A stretch of DNA of 63,861 nt, filler included, from Collodictyon triciliatum (GCA_043381765.1; 4 parts of 4 records of this genome joined end to end with filler, not necessarily neighbours in it); one strand, 5' to 3'; shown: positions 29,290-42,890, counted from the whole stretch's first letter. Numbers and translations: made by a program. Notes: generated by a model from the letters alone, not told the origin.

Positions 29290-31794
29290 AAATTAATAAA
29301 ATAAAAAAAATGATTTTTTTTTTCTTTTTTCCTTTTTATTATTATTATTATAATAAATTTTTTTTTTTTTTTTTTTTTTTTTACAAAAGAATAATGGAAA
29401 GAAAAAAAGGAATATTCGAGCCCATTGGTGGTTGCCCAGGATACGGTTGCAACCACCTGAATGAAAGAGCAGACTTTTATTGAATGACCGACTTGTCTTT
29501 TGCATGCCATTGAGCACACAAAGATATGGGCAGTTATTTGGGTCTGACTCGTATGCTGCATGCTTGCCTTGTGCTTGTGCCTCTGCGACACCCTGCTTGA
29601 ATACGCCTGACAGGACAGCTTGTTGCTATCAAGAAAAGCTTACTAACTAAAAAAAAAGACGGGATTCCATCTTCAACCGTCCGTGAGGTCGCTATTCTAA
29701 AGAGCTTCATGCAAAATCATCCACACCCAAATATTGTCCAGTGAGTATACTACCATCAGACTTCTTCCTAGCATCTCTCATGATTTCGTGGCCCATCTTG
29801 ATTTTAATCATATCTGCCATTCTTGTAAATGTATACTCATGGTTCAGAATCTACGACGCCATCATCCAAGGAGACGGGTTCTATATCGTATTGGAGCTAA
29901 TGGATACGAGCCTCAATTCGTTTCTTGTCGAGAATCCGAGACTGCCACAGGATCAATACAGGGTTTGGTGCACTTTCGTCATATTTTTTTGTCCGCATTT
30001 CTATTTTAGCTTTACTTCTTGTTCTTCTCGTTCCATTCTCAAATTTCTTTCGCTTTCCTTTTTAATCACATTTGCCTACCTTTTGAAAAATATTGCGTAA
30101 TGTTTGAGTAACCGAGAATATTAAATACCATGTCGTTTTTATCTCTTGTACACAACATATAATAAGTGAAAAAGCATATGCGTTTGAATACCTATATTTT
30201 CTTACGATGCAAAAGTATGACATTCGAAGTCAAACATCCATACTCACATGTTGGCACCTCGACGATTTCAGGCTATTATGCAAAAAATTCTTCGTGGTGT
30301 CGCACACTGCCATGCAAACTCTATCATTCACCGTGATTTGAAGCCCCCAAATATTTTGCTTAGCAGGGTAGCAATCTAATTACCGTATTCATTTAGTCAC
30401 TCCCTTTTCCTGTAAGGCCTCGCCTTAGCCTGTTTCAGATTTCGAATAACCATATGACCCATGCCGAATGCAGAACAATAATAATTTCTATATAAAATTT
30501 AATCATCGGTATTTTTTTTTTTACCTGGGGTCACTCATTACTCATATGGGGCTAATTCTCAGCAGCTTTATTATGTTCATCAGTCTCGTTTGAAGCATGC
30601 AAACTAATCTTTCCTTGGTTTATCGCTCTGTTAATTTTTAGAACGGAGAAGTCAAGCTCGCTGACTTTGGGATATCACGTTCTTTCGCGGTTCCCACCGG
30701 AGCATTAACAAAAGAGGTTTTTCTCTTGTTTTCTCTGGTTATGAATGACTTATTTTGAACGTATTTCAGCCTGCGACAAATTTAATTATAATTATGGATA
30801 AACTATAAAAACAAATAATGAAATAGGCTGTCAGTGCATGGTACAGAGCACCAGATGTTTTCATGGCCAATCCAAAATACACACCGTCGATCGATGTATG
30901 GTCGTGTGCTGTTATATTCACAGGTGTGAATCATGGCGCTCTATCTTTTCCCCATTTTTACTTTATTTCTATCTATGAGGTGTACTGGGTTTCTACTATT
31001 ATTCCTACTTTCCTATCTAATCTTTAGTGATTTCCCTGTAAAATTTATAGCAAAAAATTGATTACCGTTTGAAAGTTCGCTTATGGAATAGAGAATGACT
31101 AATACTATTTCCGATGATTAGAATTCTTTGAGTTTCATATATTTCTAGTTGTCGACCCAAAGTATATGTTAAACGCAATTTACAGGTTTACATTTATATT
31201 CTAACGGGTTTTCCCCTTTTGACATCAAGTGGCCAATCAGCTAAATAAACAGACATATACTATGATGTACAAACCCTGCCATACCACCAAGCCAATTCTC
31301 ATCGTTATACTTTTAAAGATCCTTCGGAACACCCACCCTCCACGAATGGCCGGCCATGGAATCATTCCCCGATTATGCGGTAATGCTGTGTTTTCCCTCT
31401 ACTGTTAACATTTCTTTCCCCTTCATTACATATGTCGAGAAAATATGGTATTAATGAGTGATAATACTGTCCATATTGACAATAAAATCACGTAGCCACC
31501 TACAGTGATGTATCCACCCCGGTCGCTTGCCGAGGTCTTCCCACCCAATCTCCTCCAGGACACAAATCTGGTTGATCTGCTTGCAGTATGTAATATAATA
31601 ACAACCACATATCGCTCATTACAACGCATGTGATAAAGGGCTCCTCATTCCCGAGTTCATTTTACCTGTGCTTGCCTTACTTTTCTGGGCACATGAATGA
31701 GCTTCACATGTTCATCCAGCGCATGTTCGTCTACAACCCTGATATGCGCATCACAGCCGAGCAGGCACTCCAACACCCCTTTTTCCAGGGATAA
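29124..31794 (+). CDS. Cyclin-dependent kinase (PSSTVRE type)
   Basis: [81 protein letters not shown] and [16 protein letters not shown] at 31792-31794. Intron 1 boundaries are non-canonical and uncertain. Confidence 0.93.
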
Positions 31795-32065
31795 CAAAGC
31801 GACTTCCATGGAATTAAAGCTGAACCATAGCACCTTATCCCAAGCACTCGTGTTTCATTTCTTCCCTTTTCTTTCCAAACAAAAACAAAAACAAAAACAA
31901 AAAACAAAAAACAATTACAGTCCGTGTTGGATGCAATCTGACTTCATAGAGTGGTCTGTGATGCAGGATGTAGAATCAAATTCATATTTGTCTTGAGAGG
32001 GGTGTTGGCGATGTGTTACCAAGTATTTCTGTTTTTATTTAGCGCAAAACAACCACAGCAAAATA

Positions 32066-34088
32066 TTACTTGTGGAAGTCGGTCAATCTGAGCATATTTA
32101 TCATCCGCGGATGATATTTAGCCACGCCAGAGTCAACTAAAGCTTCAATGTAGGGAGTCCAGTGAACCAGCGGGTCTATTTCAATGTATGGGTCTTGTGG
32201 ATATCGCGCTGACTTGTTCATAAGTTCCTTTTTGTTGCAAAAGTAAAGTAAGATGTTCGAAAACATTCAATTCCCAGAAGATTCATCACGGAAAAGAAAA
32301 AGAAAATTATGACAACAGAATAATATGAATAGCTACAATAAATGAAGAGTACATGCAACTTAAATTAACGAGTTAATTACTTGTAGAAGGGGCTTTATGT
32401 CATAGACTAATCTGGTTTCGTTCAACCCCCCATGTTCCCCCTAGTTAAAAGTGCACATGTGATTTGTGTTTGGAGACTCATACGCTCTGATATCCATTAT
32501 ATATTAAGTATGATTGTTGCAGAGTAATTTTTCAGCATTTAACTCACTTGGACTGGACGAATTGTGGGATAGTTCCGAACAAGGAAAGCCTTCAGCTGTT
32601 TGAAAAGCTCTTTGTTTCGCTCTGAAATGGACTGAATCTTGCTTTCGAGACCATGAGACGGCTCGGGATGACTATGGGATTATAGGGGGTTAATAAAGCG
32701 TAAATATTGAAGGGTAGCTTTATCGCATAGCTAGTCGCCCAAGACACATAATAAACCTTTCACGAAGTTGTGTTTCAATTTGTTCTATCCTCAAGTGCAG
32801 AGCTATATTCATTTCGGTATGTTCCTCGTGGTTCTGCTTTGTGCTAAGGAGTAAATATTACACATAGTTTGCAATTGTCAAGTATGACTGGCGATTAGCT
32901 ATGAATTAAAGAAGAGAAATCATAAATGGGCACCATTTAAGTGTCTTTAGTTGTGCGATGCAAACCTTTCTAATAATTTCTCCTCTTCACTATTTTGTTT
33001 TTGTAAATAAAAGAGGAGATTTTGCAGCTCGGTTATATCGTTTTCAAGTTTTAAATGATAAGTCGACCGCGACACTAAATTGGATTCCAGGGTGATATAT
33101 TCTAGACGAAGTATTGAATGAAATCAGGTAAAAGTCAATCCCTGCAATGATTTTTTTTTTATCGCCAAGTGCTTGATGCTGCCAAGAGAAAAACCTTTTT
33201 GAGGGACTTCAAGTTTCAACAACTCATTTTCCAACAGCCTAAGCTTCGTTTTCTTGACTAATAATTCCTTGGATAAATATCCGTCACTCACCCCATTAAA
33301 ACTTAATTACAAGAGGGATAACGGAGCCTTTCAGTATGATTTTAGTGGCAATTCATTCGAGAAGTTCTCAGAAAATGAGTAATTCTTTCTATTCGCAAAC
33401 ATAACCTCACCAAGCGATGAGATAAAATAAAAAGATATCAAAAAATATAAAATTAAACAAAAATTAAACAAAAATTAAACAAAAATTAAACAAAAATTAA
33501 ACAAAAATTAAACAAAAATTAAACAAAAATAAAACAAAAATAAAACAAAAATAAAACAAAAATAAAACAAAAATAAAACAAAAATAAAACAAAAATAAAA
33601 CAAAAATAAAACAAAAATAAAACAAAAATAAAACAAAAATAAAACAAAAATAAAACAAAAATAAAACAAAAATAAAACAAAAGATAAAACAAAAAATAAA
33701 ACAAAAAACAAGAGATTTTTAAAAGGCCATGATAAAAGAGGGAGATTAAAGAAAAAGTTACCTTGCTTTGAGTTGTTTGTCGGTCTGGTTCAACATCAAC
33801 ATTCCTATTGGCAAGAAGCTATCCAAGAAAGCGAAAGCATTACATGAGTGTGTTTTCCAACATCAAGGCACAATCCCATAAAGAGTCCCGACACAAACAC
33901 ACGAGAAGCATGTCAAGCCACTCTGGGTCTGAGGGGTGGTGTAATAACTGTCTAACCTCTAAGTATCTGAGGCGCAGCTTGTCTCGGGTTTCCTTCTCTT
34001 GCTCCAATAAGCGGTCCAGATGTCGTTCCTGTTCTGACTCTTCGGCCTCTGCCTCTGTCTCCACAGCTTTGAGGACTCCAGCCTCCAT
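32066..34088 (-). CDS. CENPK: Centromere protein K (CCAN subunit) homolog
   Basis: Coiled-coil exons, then ELFKQLKAFLVRNYP and a C-terminus ELMNKSARYPQDPYIEIDPLVHWTPYIEALVDSGVAKYHPRMINMLRLTDFHK. This matches the recalled CENP-K tail (DPYV..FWPPYVELLLRNGIALRHPED..RIRLEAFH). Confidence 0.85.
33450..33710. repeat. (AAAATAAAAC)n repeat, intronic in CENP-K
   Basis: Direct inspection. Confidence 0.93.
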
Positions 34089-34264
34089 GATCTTTGCTTC
34101 CCTTCGATAGTGTGTCTATGCTCAAAACCTCAAAAGTTGTTTGTTCCAAAAACCCTGTACCTTTACTACAGGTTTTTTTTTTTTTTTTTTTTGTACTTAC
34201 AGCCGTGATTCAGTCCTTTCAAGGTAGTAGAGCACCAACGATCAGTGCCCCTTTCCACTACATC

Positions 34265-34364
34265 ACAAAGACAAAGACAAAGACAAAGACAAAGACAAAG
34301 ACAAAGACAAAGACAAAGACAAAGACAAAGACAAAGACAAAGACAAAGACAAAGACAAAGACAA
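34265..34364. repeat. (GACAAA)n microsatellite at contig end
   Basis: Direct inspection. Confidence 0.95.
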
Positions 34365-34464
34365 NNNNNNNNNNNNNNNNNNNNNNNNNNNNNNNNNNNN
34401 NNNNNNNNTTAATTAATTAANNNNNNNNNNNNNNNNNNNNNNNNNNNNNNNNNNNNNNNNNNNN
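34365..34464. other. Artificial contig-joining spacer
   Basis: N44-TTAATTAATTAA-N44. Confidence 0.97.
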
Positions 34465-37400
34465 ATTACCGAGCAACGAAAAAGTGGTATTTGTGAAACA
34501 ATTGTTTTGAGAGGTGAGTCTGGTTGTGGAAAATCAACTATGATCGGAGGGCTTACAAATCATTTAATTGAGAAAGAAGGAGCTCATTCAATCGTTATAC
34601 ACCACTTCGTTGGATGCTCCTACCTTAGTAAGCACGTGGAAAAGTAGGGCCATTTTTTGTGCATGGAATATTTTGATTTTCCACCGTTTATTATTCAATT
34701 AACATCTTTCAACGCTCAACATAACTTAGTCTCTGCAAAAGAGTGGCATGTGTGCTTTACCAAAAGAGGATTATTCCTTTCACCCCTGAGTCTAAGGAAG
34801 GTTAGTTTGATCTCAAACTATGTAGTAACTGAACAATATAGCTTGAATTTTTTTATTTAATGTATACCTTTTTGTGAACAAATAAAAAAACATATGATAT
34901 TTTAAGGTCTCGATGCGATTGCTGCAGGGCTTGGTCATATTCTAAGAATCGCCTCTCAAAGAACGTAAGGCTTTCCTTCATAGAAAAATAGTTTATTGTG
35001 AAACTTTTGATGAGCCTTGTTTAATTTATTAGATTTTTGTTATTTTTCAAAAGTGTCTATCCGCGGCAATATCATGTCCTATAATATCTTGAAATAGTTT
35101 ATCCACACTGCATGAATAAACCTTCTTACTTGATGTAGCCGCAAATTGATTGTGCTGTTCATCGATAACCTGGATGATTTCAAAGTCTCGCCCAGCTACC
35201 CTGATGTTTACCGGCTAAACTGGCTTCCAAATAAAACTCCAAAAAATGTCACCATCATTACTTCAATCCGAGAGAGAAATGAAGAAAACCAAGTAATTGA
35301 GATCCTTTCTTTAAAATATTTTTTGAATTGGTTTAATTATGTGATTCAATATTAAACTCAATTGATCTAGATCACAAACTCAGTACTTTCAAGGTTGGTC
35401 AGCATCCGACTGTCTGGATTTGACAGCCTTGAAATGGTACATTCAGCAAACGAATATTTCCAACAATCTAGCAGGGCATTGGACCAACAACATATGGGAA
35501 TGATAATTGAGAGGCAGCAAACAACCAGTAACAGAATTTTAAACCGTGCATGTATTACCATCACAAAATTATTATGGATATATCATACTCTGGTGTAATA
35601 TATCATACTCACTTGAGTTTTTCTTCTGTAGAAAATCCCTTGCGTTTGAATATTATTCTCAACGAATTGCGTTCGGTGGGAAGTGAAAGAGTACTCGACG
35701 ATGAAATTTTGGATATTTGTTCGACTGATAGTCTGATTCGTGCCTTTAATATTGTCTTGAGCCGTTGGGAGAGAAAATATGGTTTGGATATATCTAATTG
35801 CATTAATTAACCTGTTTTTAATTTGCTGGGACGCTTCACCCGCACAGGTGTTGATGTTGTTCAGATTTCTTCAAGTGCATTGTTTGTCTCCCGCATCGGC
35901 CTATCGGATGTAGAACTGGATAATTACATTGAATTTCGGTTGAAAAAGAAGGCATCTTTGTCCAGCATGTCTAAATGGTGAGTATTCATTCTTTAGTACC
36001 AATATATACTTTCAGGACTTTCTTTTGTATGCTGGTCTTTGGTCTAGATTGAGTGGTTACAAAACAAACTTTGCTAATTTCCCACATTTAGGAAAAGGTT
36101 TTCTTTCGCACTAATAGATTACCTTGCTGTTTGTAACGGGAGGTAAGCATATAGAATTTTCTTATTTTTTTTTTTACCTGGCATCCTGCTTGCCTATTTT
36201 CAAATGAATTTGTTTTTATTGCAAACTTGTTCGACCACATTAGGTACAATACTCCCCACGCAGATTTCTTGAGAGCTATCGAAGAGCGATATTTTAATGA
36301 GGCCAAGGCACTCGTCGATGAAAAGAGGGAGTATGGTTTATGGTTAATGTATCAATATGGGATGAAGCCCAAGGATGCGAATATTATTGCAGAAATTTGT
36401 CATTCTCTGTGCGACTCTGGAGAACACACGATTTTGGTTGACTACCTGAAAATAGACACAGTATTAACCCTACTTCTTCCCTTTGTTTTACGAAAATTGG
36501 CAAACAATAAAACGTTTTGAATATCCACTAAGCTTTCCTAGTTTCTGGTTTATGTTTTCATTTATGTTATTTCCCTTGTGTTTATTAAGATAAAAAAAAT
36601 TCTCACAAATTTCTCCATCCTTCAGATTGTCGAGCAACTTCTTGATGGAGATTACTGTTTTGAATTTGCGGAATGGTGGGGTCAACTAAAAAAGTGTGGA
36701 TTCGACCACAAGCTTATTTATGAAGAAAAAGCCAAGGTAATATTCATATTGAAGTGTTAGAGGAAAAAACCATGACTGATTGATTTTTATCATTTATTGA
36801 TTACTAGCTAAATACACCTTTGGGAAGTAAATTGGTGTCTTACTTTAACCGCTGCCAAGAAGATACATTTCTTATCCCCATCATCCAACATCGCTTGAAA
36901 AATGGACAGCTCAATGGTTATATGTCTACAACTGGACACTTCACTGCTTCTATCATACTGAACCCATCTCCCTTTTTTTTCTCAAAAATTTACGACCTCT
37001 TTTTATTGACTGAAGTATCTCTAAACATAGAAACTCTCGCTCGTGAGTATGAAGCTCTCGGTAACTCGTTCGAAAATTTGAAAGAGTATGCAAACGGAAT
37101 GCCCAAACCACGCGATATTTATGCCGACTTACGCATTCATGTACCTTACTTTTTCACACCACCATGACGATGCCACCATATCACAGATGGAAACAAGCTA
37201 TCGGATGGTACGAAAAATCCTTGGAGAGCAAGCTTAAATTATTCGGAGAACATCACGAAAGCATCGTAGAATCGTATAACAGGCTTGGTCAAGCATATGA
37301 CAACAACGAGCAGTACGAATATTGGAATACTTTAAACAGACGAACATCGCTTTCGATTCTTTTTCTTTATGAGGGCAATGATGAAAAATTGGTATGTTTG

Positions 37401-39259
37401 CAAACTGTTGTTTTTTTCATCCAGGTATACGGAAGCTCTAGAATGCTATCTCAAAGCAGTTAACATCCGGATAGGCATAAGTGGGGAGAACAGCAATTCT
37501 GTTGTGGAATTTTACAACAGAATTGGCAACGATTTCAATCTCCTAAGAAAGTATACTTTAGTTATTCATTCATCTTTATTCGTCTATATCCCTCTGATGC
37601 CTTTCTCATTTGTGATGAATCAACTATTGTGCTCCAGTTTCTTTAGAGGAAACAGAAACTAACAGAACTGCAATCAGGTACGAAAAAGCTTTGGAGTATT
37701 TTAAAAAGTCTGTTGACCTTCAAGAAAAACTGTTTGGTGAGGACCACCCTCCCCTTGGCGATTCGTACGGTAATATTGGTGCTCTAAGCATTAGCCTTGA
37801 CAGGTTTTACTTCGCACTAGATTCCAAAAAAAAAAAAAAAAATCAATATCAAACTTCCTTTTCTCCTTATTAACATGAACTCGCCAAACTAACCTTTTCG
37901 TTTAAAGGTTTTCGAAGCAGTAATGTAACGTTGTAGAGAATATTCAGTCATTTTTAAATAAAAAAAAAATCGTACGATATTTGCAGGGAAATGGAAGCTG
38001 TTGAAAACTTTCATAATTCTCTGGCTATAAAGGTACGGGAATTGGGCGAGTATCACCCAGATATTGCAGCAGCATACACTGGAATAGGGAACATATACCG
38101 GAAGCATGGAAAGTAATCCGAAGACAAAGTCATTAAGTGGTTGGCTACGTTATTTCCCTGCAACTAAACCCTTCTTTATCCAGAAAATGAACCTTGCGTG
38201 TGGTAACGATTTTCCCTATGATTATATGTAGGAATCAGCAGTCTCTTCATTACTTTTTAAAATCAGCAAGAATTCAAGTGTCAATCTACGGGGAGCAAAA
38301 CCAAAAGATTGCCAACTCGTACAATAACATCGGCACATTATACCAAGATATCGATAGGTAAAATTCTGATCAACTGTTTCTCTCTTCTTTTCTTCTTTTT
38401 TCTTCTTTTTCTTCTTTTTCTTTCTTTTTCTTTCTTTTTCTTTCTTTTTCTTTCTTTTTCTTTCTTTTTCTTTCTTTTTCTTTCTTTTTCTTCTTTTTTT
38501 CTTCTTTTTTTCTTCTTTTTTTCTTCTTTTTTTCTTCTTTTTTTCTTCTTTTTTTCTTCTTTTTTTCTTCTTTTTTTCTTCTTTTTCTTTCTTTTTCTTT
38601 CTTTTTCTTTCTTTTTCTTTACGCATTCGCTGCAATTATTTGAAGTATTGTCGCTTCAAAATCTAAAAATGAAAAAAATGCATACAAATAAAAAGGTTTG
38701 AAGACGCACTCAGATATCACGAAATGGCTCTTAAAGTTCGGACAAAGCTCTTTGGAACAAAACATACAAGTGTGGCAAAGTCTCACAACAATATCGGTGT
38801 TGCATATGATTCGCTCAACAGGTGTTTATTCTCAAAAAAGAAATTACAAATCCTCTGAGGTCTTCCAATTTTTAATTCATTTATAAATTTATTAATCCAT
38901 GTATTGTTTTACCATTAAAAAAAAAAAAGCGAGAATGCTGGAATCTTGTTTTTAAGTCTTGACAAATGATTTATGTACCCGACTAATCATGACGCAGATA
39001 TGACGATGCATTGAGAAATCACGAAGTCGCACTGGAGATACAACTTGAAATGCATGGAGAGATGAGCCTTGAAACTGGAACCACTTTATACAACATCGGC
39101 ATTATTTTGGAAAAACAGAATCGACTGAAGGAGGCACTGGAAAAGTACCAAAAGGCCCGAGATATTGATATCAAATGTCTTGGTGAGACCCACGCCCGCA
39201 CAAAAGATACCGACCGAAGCATAGCTCGAGTGCAATCGAAACTGACTGGAAAGGCGTAA
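34465..39259 (+). CDS. NACHT/STAND P-loop ATPase + TPR repeats (NPHP3-like), 5'-partial
   Basis: Walker A IVLRGESGCGKST, IPHFVG, Walker B IVLFIDNLD, LNWLP, NPLRL and SRIGLSDVEL, then kinesin-light-chain-type TPRs (GEHHESIVESYNRLG, GEDHPPLGDSYGNIG, IANSYNNIG, TGTTLYNIG). GT-AG introns; TAA at 39257-39259. Confidence 0.88.
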
Positions 39260-39400
39260 TTGAATTGCTTCCCTGGGTACATCTTTAAGTCAGAAAGTGA
39301 AGAAAGAACCTGATGATGGCATTTCCCATGAAATAAAAAACACTATGAAATGAAACAGAATGCAACCTCGCGCGGCTGTGTAGAATTTAGCGAGTTATTT

Positions 39401-39507
39401 TCTTTATCTTTCTTTATCTTTCTTTATCTTTCTTTATCTTTCTTTATCTTTCTTTATCTTTCTTTATCTTTCTTTATCTTTCTTTATCTTTCTTTATCTT
39501 TCTTTAT
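39401..39507. repeat. (TCTTTATCTT)n repeat
   Basis: Direct inspection. Confidence 0.95.
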
Positions 39508-39840
39508 CATACATCGTTTTGAATTATCTTCATATTCCTGAAAACAACAAGATGAATAATAGCTTCATGGATATACAAATTTGAAAATTGCGTTTTTTTG
39601 TTAACATTTTTTTCTGATATTTGATATCCAAATCAGAATAAACATGATTGAAGTAATGAAACGTAATACGAGTAAAAACAATTATATTCTGCTTTGGCGT
39701 TCATGAGTTTGGTGGGCTGTATTATGTTTATTTGCATAAGGGCGTATAATTTACGATGGTTCAGCCCTTGAAAAATTAAAAAAGAAATGTGTAGGCAAGA
39801 GAATGCTATCTTGTAATAGAACTTCGAACAAAATGAGTGG

Positions 39841-42648
39841 TCATTTGCGCGCCTGGGAATTCAGTAGACTTTCGTTGGCGGGGCGTCTCCTATTTAACAA
39901 GTAGCAAAGAGGGAATGCTTTACTCGTCCATTATTATCAGAATGAAGAAATTACGAGATGCAATCTGGGTTGAAAATACTTTGCGCTAATCTTTGGCTCG
40001 ATTGTTGCCCTGTCCTTTTGAACGGTTGGCTTCGGCTTGTTCTTGGCCTCTTCTGTCCCAAAAGAATCCCGTCATATATTATGTTTTCGAATTATGTGCG
40101 AAAGCGTATAATCGACTTTGCATAGTAGCAATAATATACTCCTCAAAATGGATTAACTAAAGAAGTAAATTAGCAAATATGTCCCTATGATTAGAGAGAA
40201 AAAGACCTAGTTTCTTGAGCGTGTACTCATTCAATCGATTGTCTATCGTAGATTTCACAGTCTTGGCTGACTGTACTGGACGCTGAGGCAGTCGCTTTGG
40301 CGGGTCAACTAGTATTCCTGTGCATGAAATAGCCACCCGATGAAACAAAATGCCTGAATAGAATATTTATCTAAAGGAGAACAAGAATTATGTACACGTT
40401 TGCCGTAAGTTGTGAGTGGTTAAAGAAGGTAATTAAGAACCGGTGCCAGGTGTTGAGTCCCACGCAGGTTTCCTGGCGACGTACGAGTCTACTGACGGGC
40501 TGCGCTTCATCACCGTTGCGCCTGATTGTTTTGGCGCAGTAATTTTTTCTTTTGCAACATTTGCTTCTGATTTGGTTTTAGTTGAAGATATCAAGGAAGT
40601 AGCATAAATATCTGCGCATGATTTGTCATCTAATATGCTTGAAATTGACTTCTTGCAGATGTCTCCATGGAATATAAGGATAAGAATACAAAGTACAGCC
40701 ATCAAACTTTGAATGCCATTAAAAAAAAAAACTAAGGAATTGAAAGCGTCGGTTGAACGAAGGTGTCGTATTTACCTTTGCACGTAGTGGTGGATTGGTG
40801 GTTTTGGTGCAGGTAAACAGAGCGGAGTCGGTCTATCGATGTATTTTGTGAAGGTGGCTGTCTTATTTTCCTGCAAATTATTTATTCCCCAGAAAAGACG
40901 ATTTGTTAACAACAATAGAAATGAATTCTTTAAATATTGACTTAATAAAAAAAAATAAAGGTTTATAATTGCGTAGAATCATCCGTCAATTGAAGAAGAG
41001 GAAAATTCAAAATATGAATCGATTAAAAAAATATGTCTACGCCAGGAAATAGACTTCTGTAGGTTTAAAATGCACTTGCTTCGCAATACATTTAAAAAAT
41101 ATAATACTAATAAAAAAAAATATAAAAAAAGGGACAAAGTATCTGCTGTTCGTATGAAAAGGTTTGTTTTGAAATCATCATGTTACTAGAGACTTACGGG
41201 GTTGGTTTCGACCTGTGACTATCATTGACTGATAGGTTCAAAGCCATGTTTACCAGGTCGTCTGTGGAGGACAGATTGGGGGCGTGAGCAGTAGCTTGAA
41301 AACTACCTGAAGTAGCTGTGTGTTTTGCCGCCACTGATGCGTGAGGTGCGCCGCGAAGAGAGGCGTTTGGAGATGGACTCTGCCGTGAAAAGACAGTCTT
41401 TTGCGTGGATGGAAGTGCGCTTTGCTTTTGGCCCATATTTTGTCTTTGGACGGCAGATAGATGGTGACTCTGTGTCTGATTTTGATGTGGATACACAGGC
41501 GGCTGTTCCCACGGGCCCCAACCATCCAGCTGGGGAACAGACGAATCAGAACTCTTGACAACCCCATTTACCGATGCATTGGCACCAGAGACGTGATGCG
41601 ATATTCCGACACTTGGATTCTGTAGAGAAGAGAGCGACTCTCTCGCATGATGCGACCCGGAAGAAACAAAAGGGGCGATTCGAACGCGATGCACGATGGA
41701 TTCGTATGAAGGTGCCTGCGACGACGCTGGGAGGTTTGAGCGAGCAACAACAATATGGGCGATAGGTTCATCATTCGTCTGTGCTGTGTTGCCATGTTTC
41801 GGGTCCAACCGTGTCAGGGAAGCAAGCGAAAGACCTCTTTTATCAACCCCTCCAGCAGTAGGTTCGGAGTGAGAAAGTGTGTTCGATGCAGCACCAAACG
41901 CTGTATTTGAATGGCTTTTTTGCTGCATCTGCATCATTTGCTGATGGTTCGCCTCCCATTCGGCAAAGCTGTCTGCCTCGATGTCGTCAGAGTAATCCGG
42001 CTCTGGCTCCGAATCGACGGCCACATGAACTGGCCCATCATAATCATAATCATCGTCATCATCATACTGATTCTCATGGTGATGCGTCTGTTTACCGGGG
42101 TATGTCTGCTGATGAAAAGGATGCTTCGGGCTTGTGTGAAAAACCGGGAGACGCTCCAAAGCATCATGGCTTGCGCTGGACTCGCCCCAATCCAGAGAAT
42201 CGGCCCGACTTGCCTCGCTCTCCCATCCAAAGGATGATGACCCGTAGAGCCGGCTGTCTGAGCATGACTCGTGCGGATCGGCTCTTGATCGTTCTGGGGG
42301 GTTGTTTGCCCCGATTGCTGTCGCGGCGTGGTGAATCACTGATGAGCCCGTCGTTGGGCGGGATGCAACCTCGTCAAAGCGGCTCAGCAGGCGTCTCTGC
42401 AGCGGCGTTTGGCGCTCGTCGAATGAGTCTGAGTAGGTCAGCGACCCGGAAACCCAGAATGCGCCGTGGTTTGCAGAGTCGGCCGAGGCAAATGCGCCAA
42501 AGCTCTGCGAGTGGAGCGCTTCGTCCTGGGACGTGTCCGTGTCGTGTGGGTCGCTCTCTGCCTCGTTTGCAGCGTCTTCGCTCAACTCGTCAGATCGCAG
42601 GAAGCGTGGATTGGCTTCGCGATGCCAGGTGTGTGTGCGGAGGGACAT
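39841..42648 (-). CDS. Hypothetical low-complexity Ser/Pro/acidic protein, multi-exon
   Basis: A 484-codon first exon from ATG 42648 ends at a GTAAGT donor, followed by several small exons (e.g. KPAWDSTPGT, RLNEYTLKKL). The 3' end is approximate. Confidence 0.6.
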
Positions 42649-42670
42649 TTGCAGCGCTGTGGGAGCGACT

Positions 42671-42890
42671 TTTTATTGGGTTTTTTATTGGGTTTTTTTA
42701 TTGGGTTTTTTTATTGGGTTTTTTATTGGGTTTTTTTATTGGGTTTTTTTATTGGGTTTTTTTATTGGGTTTTTTTTTTGGGTTTTTTTATTGGGTTTTT
42801 TTTTTGGGTTTTTTATTGGGTTTTTTTATTGGGTTTTTTTATTGGGTTTTTTTATTGGGTTTTTTTATTGGGTTTTTTTATTGGGTTTTT
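42671..42890. repeat. (T6-7ATTGGG)n G-triplet tandem repeat
   Basis: About 17 units immediately upstream of ATG 42648 on the minus strand. Confidence 0.93.

Noticed and set aside
31195-31255. Apparent frameshifted CDK exon (LTGFPL / NQLNK)
   Set aside because: A canonical in-frame exon ending near 31185 (..MLNAIYR|SFGTP) supplies this segment, so the stretch is intronic.
34088-34465. CENP-K and NACHT-TPR as a divergent gene pair
   Set aside because: They are separated by an artificial spacer and lie on different contigs.
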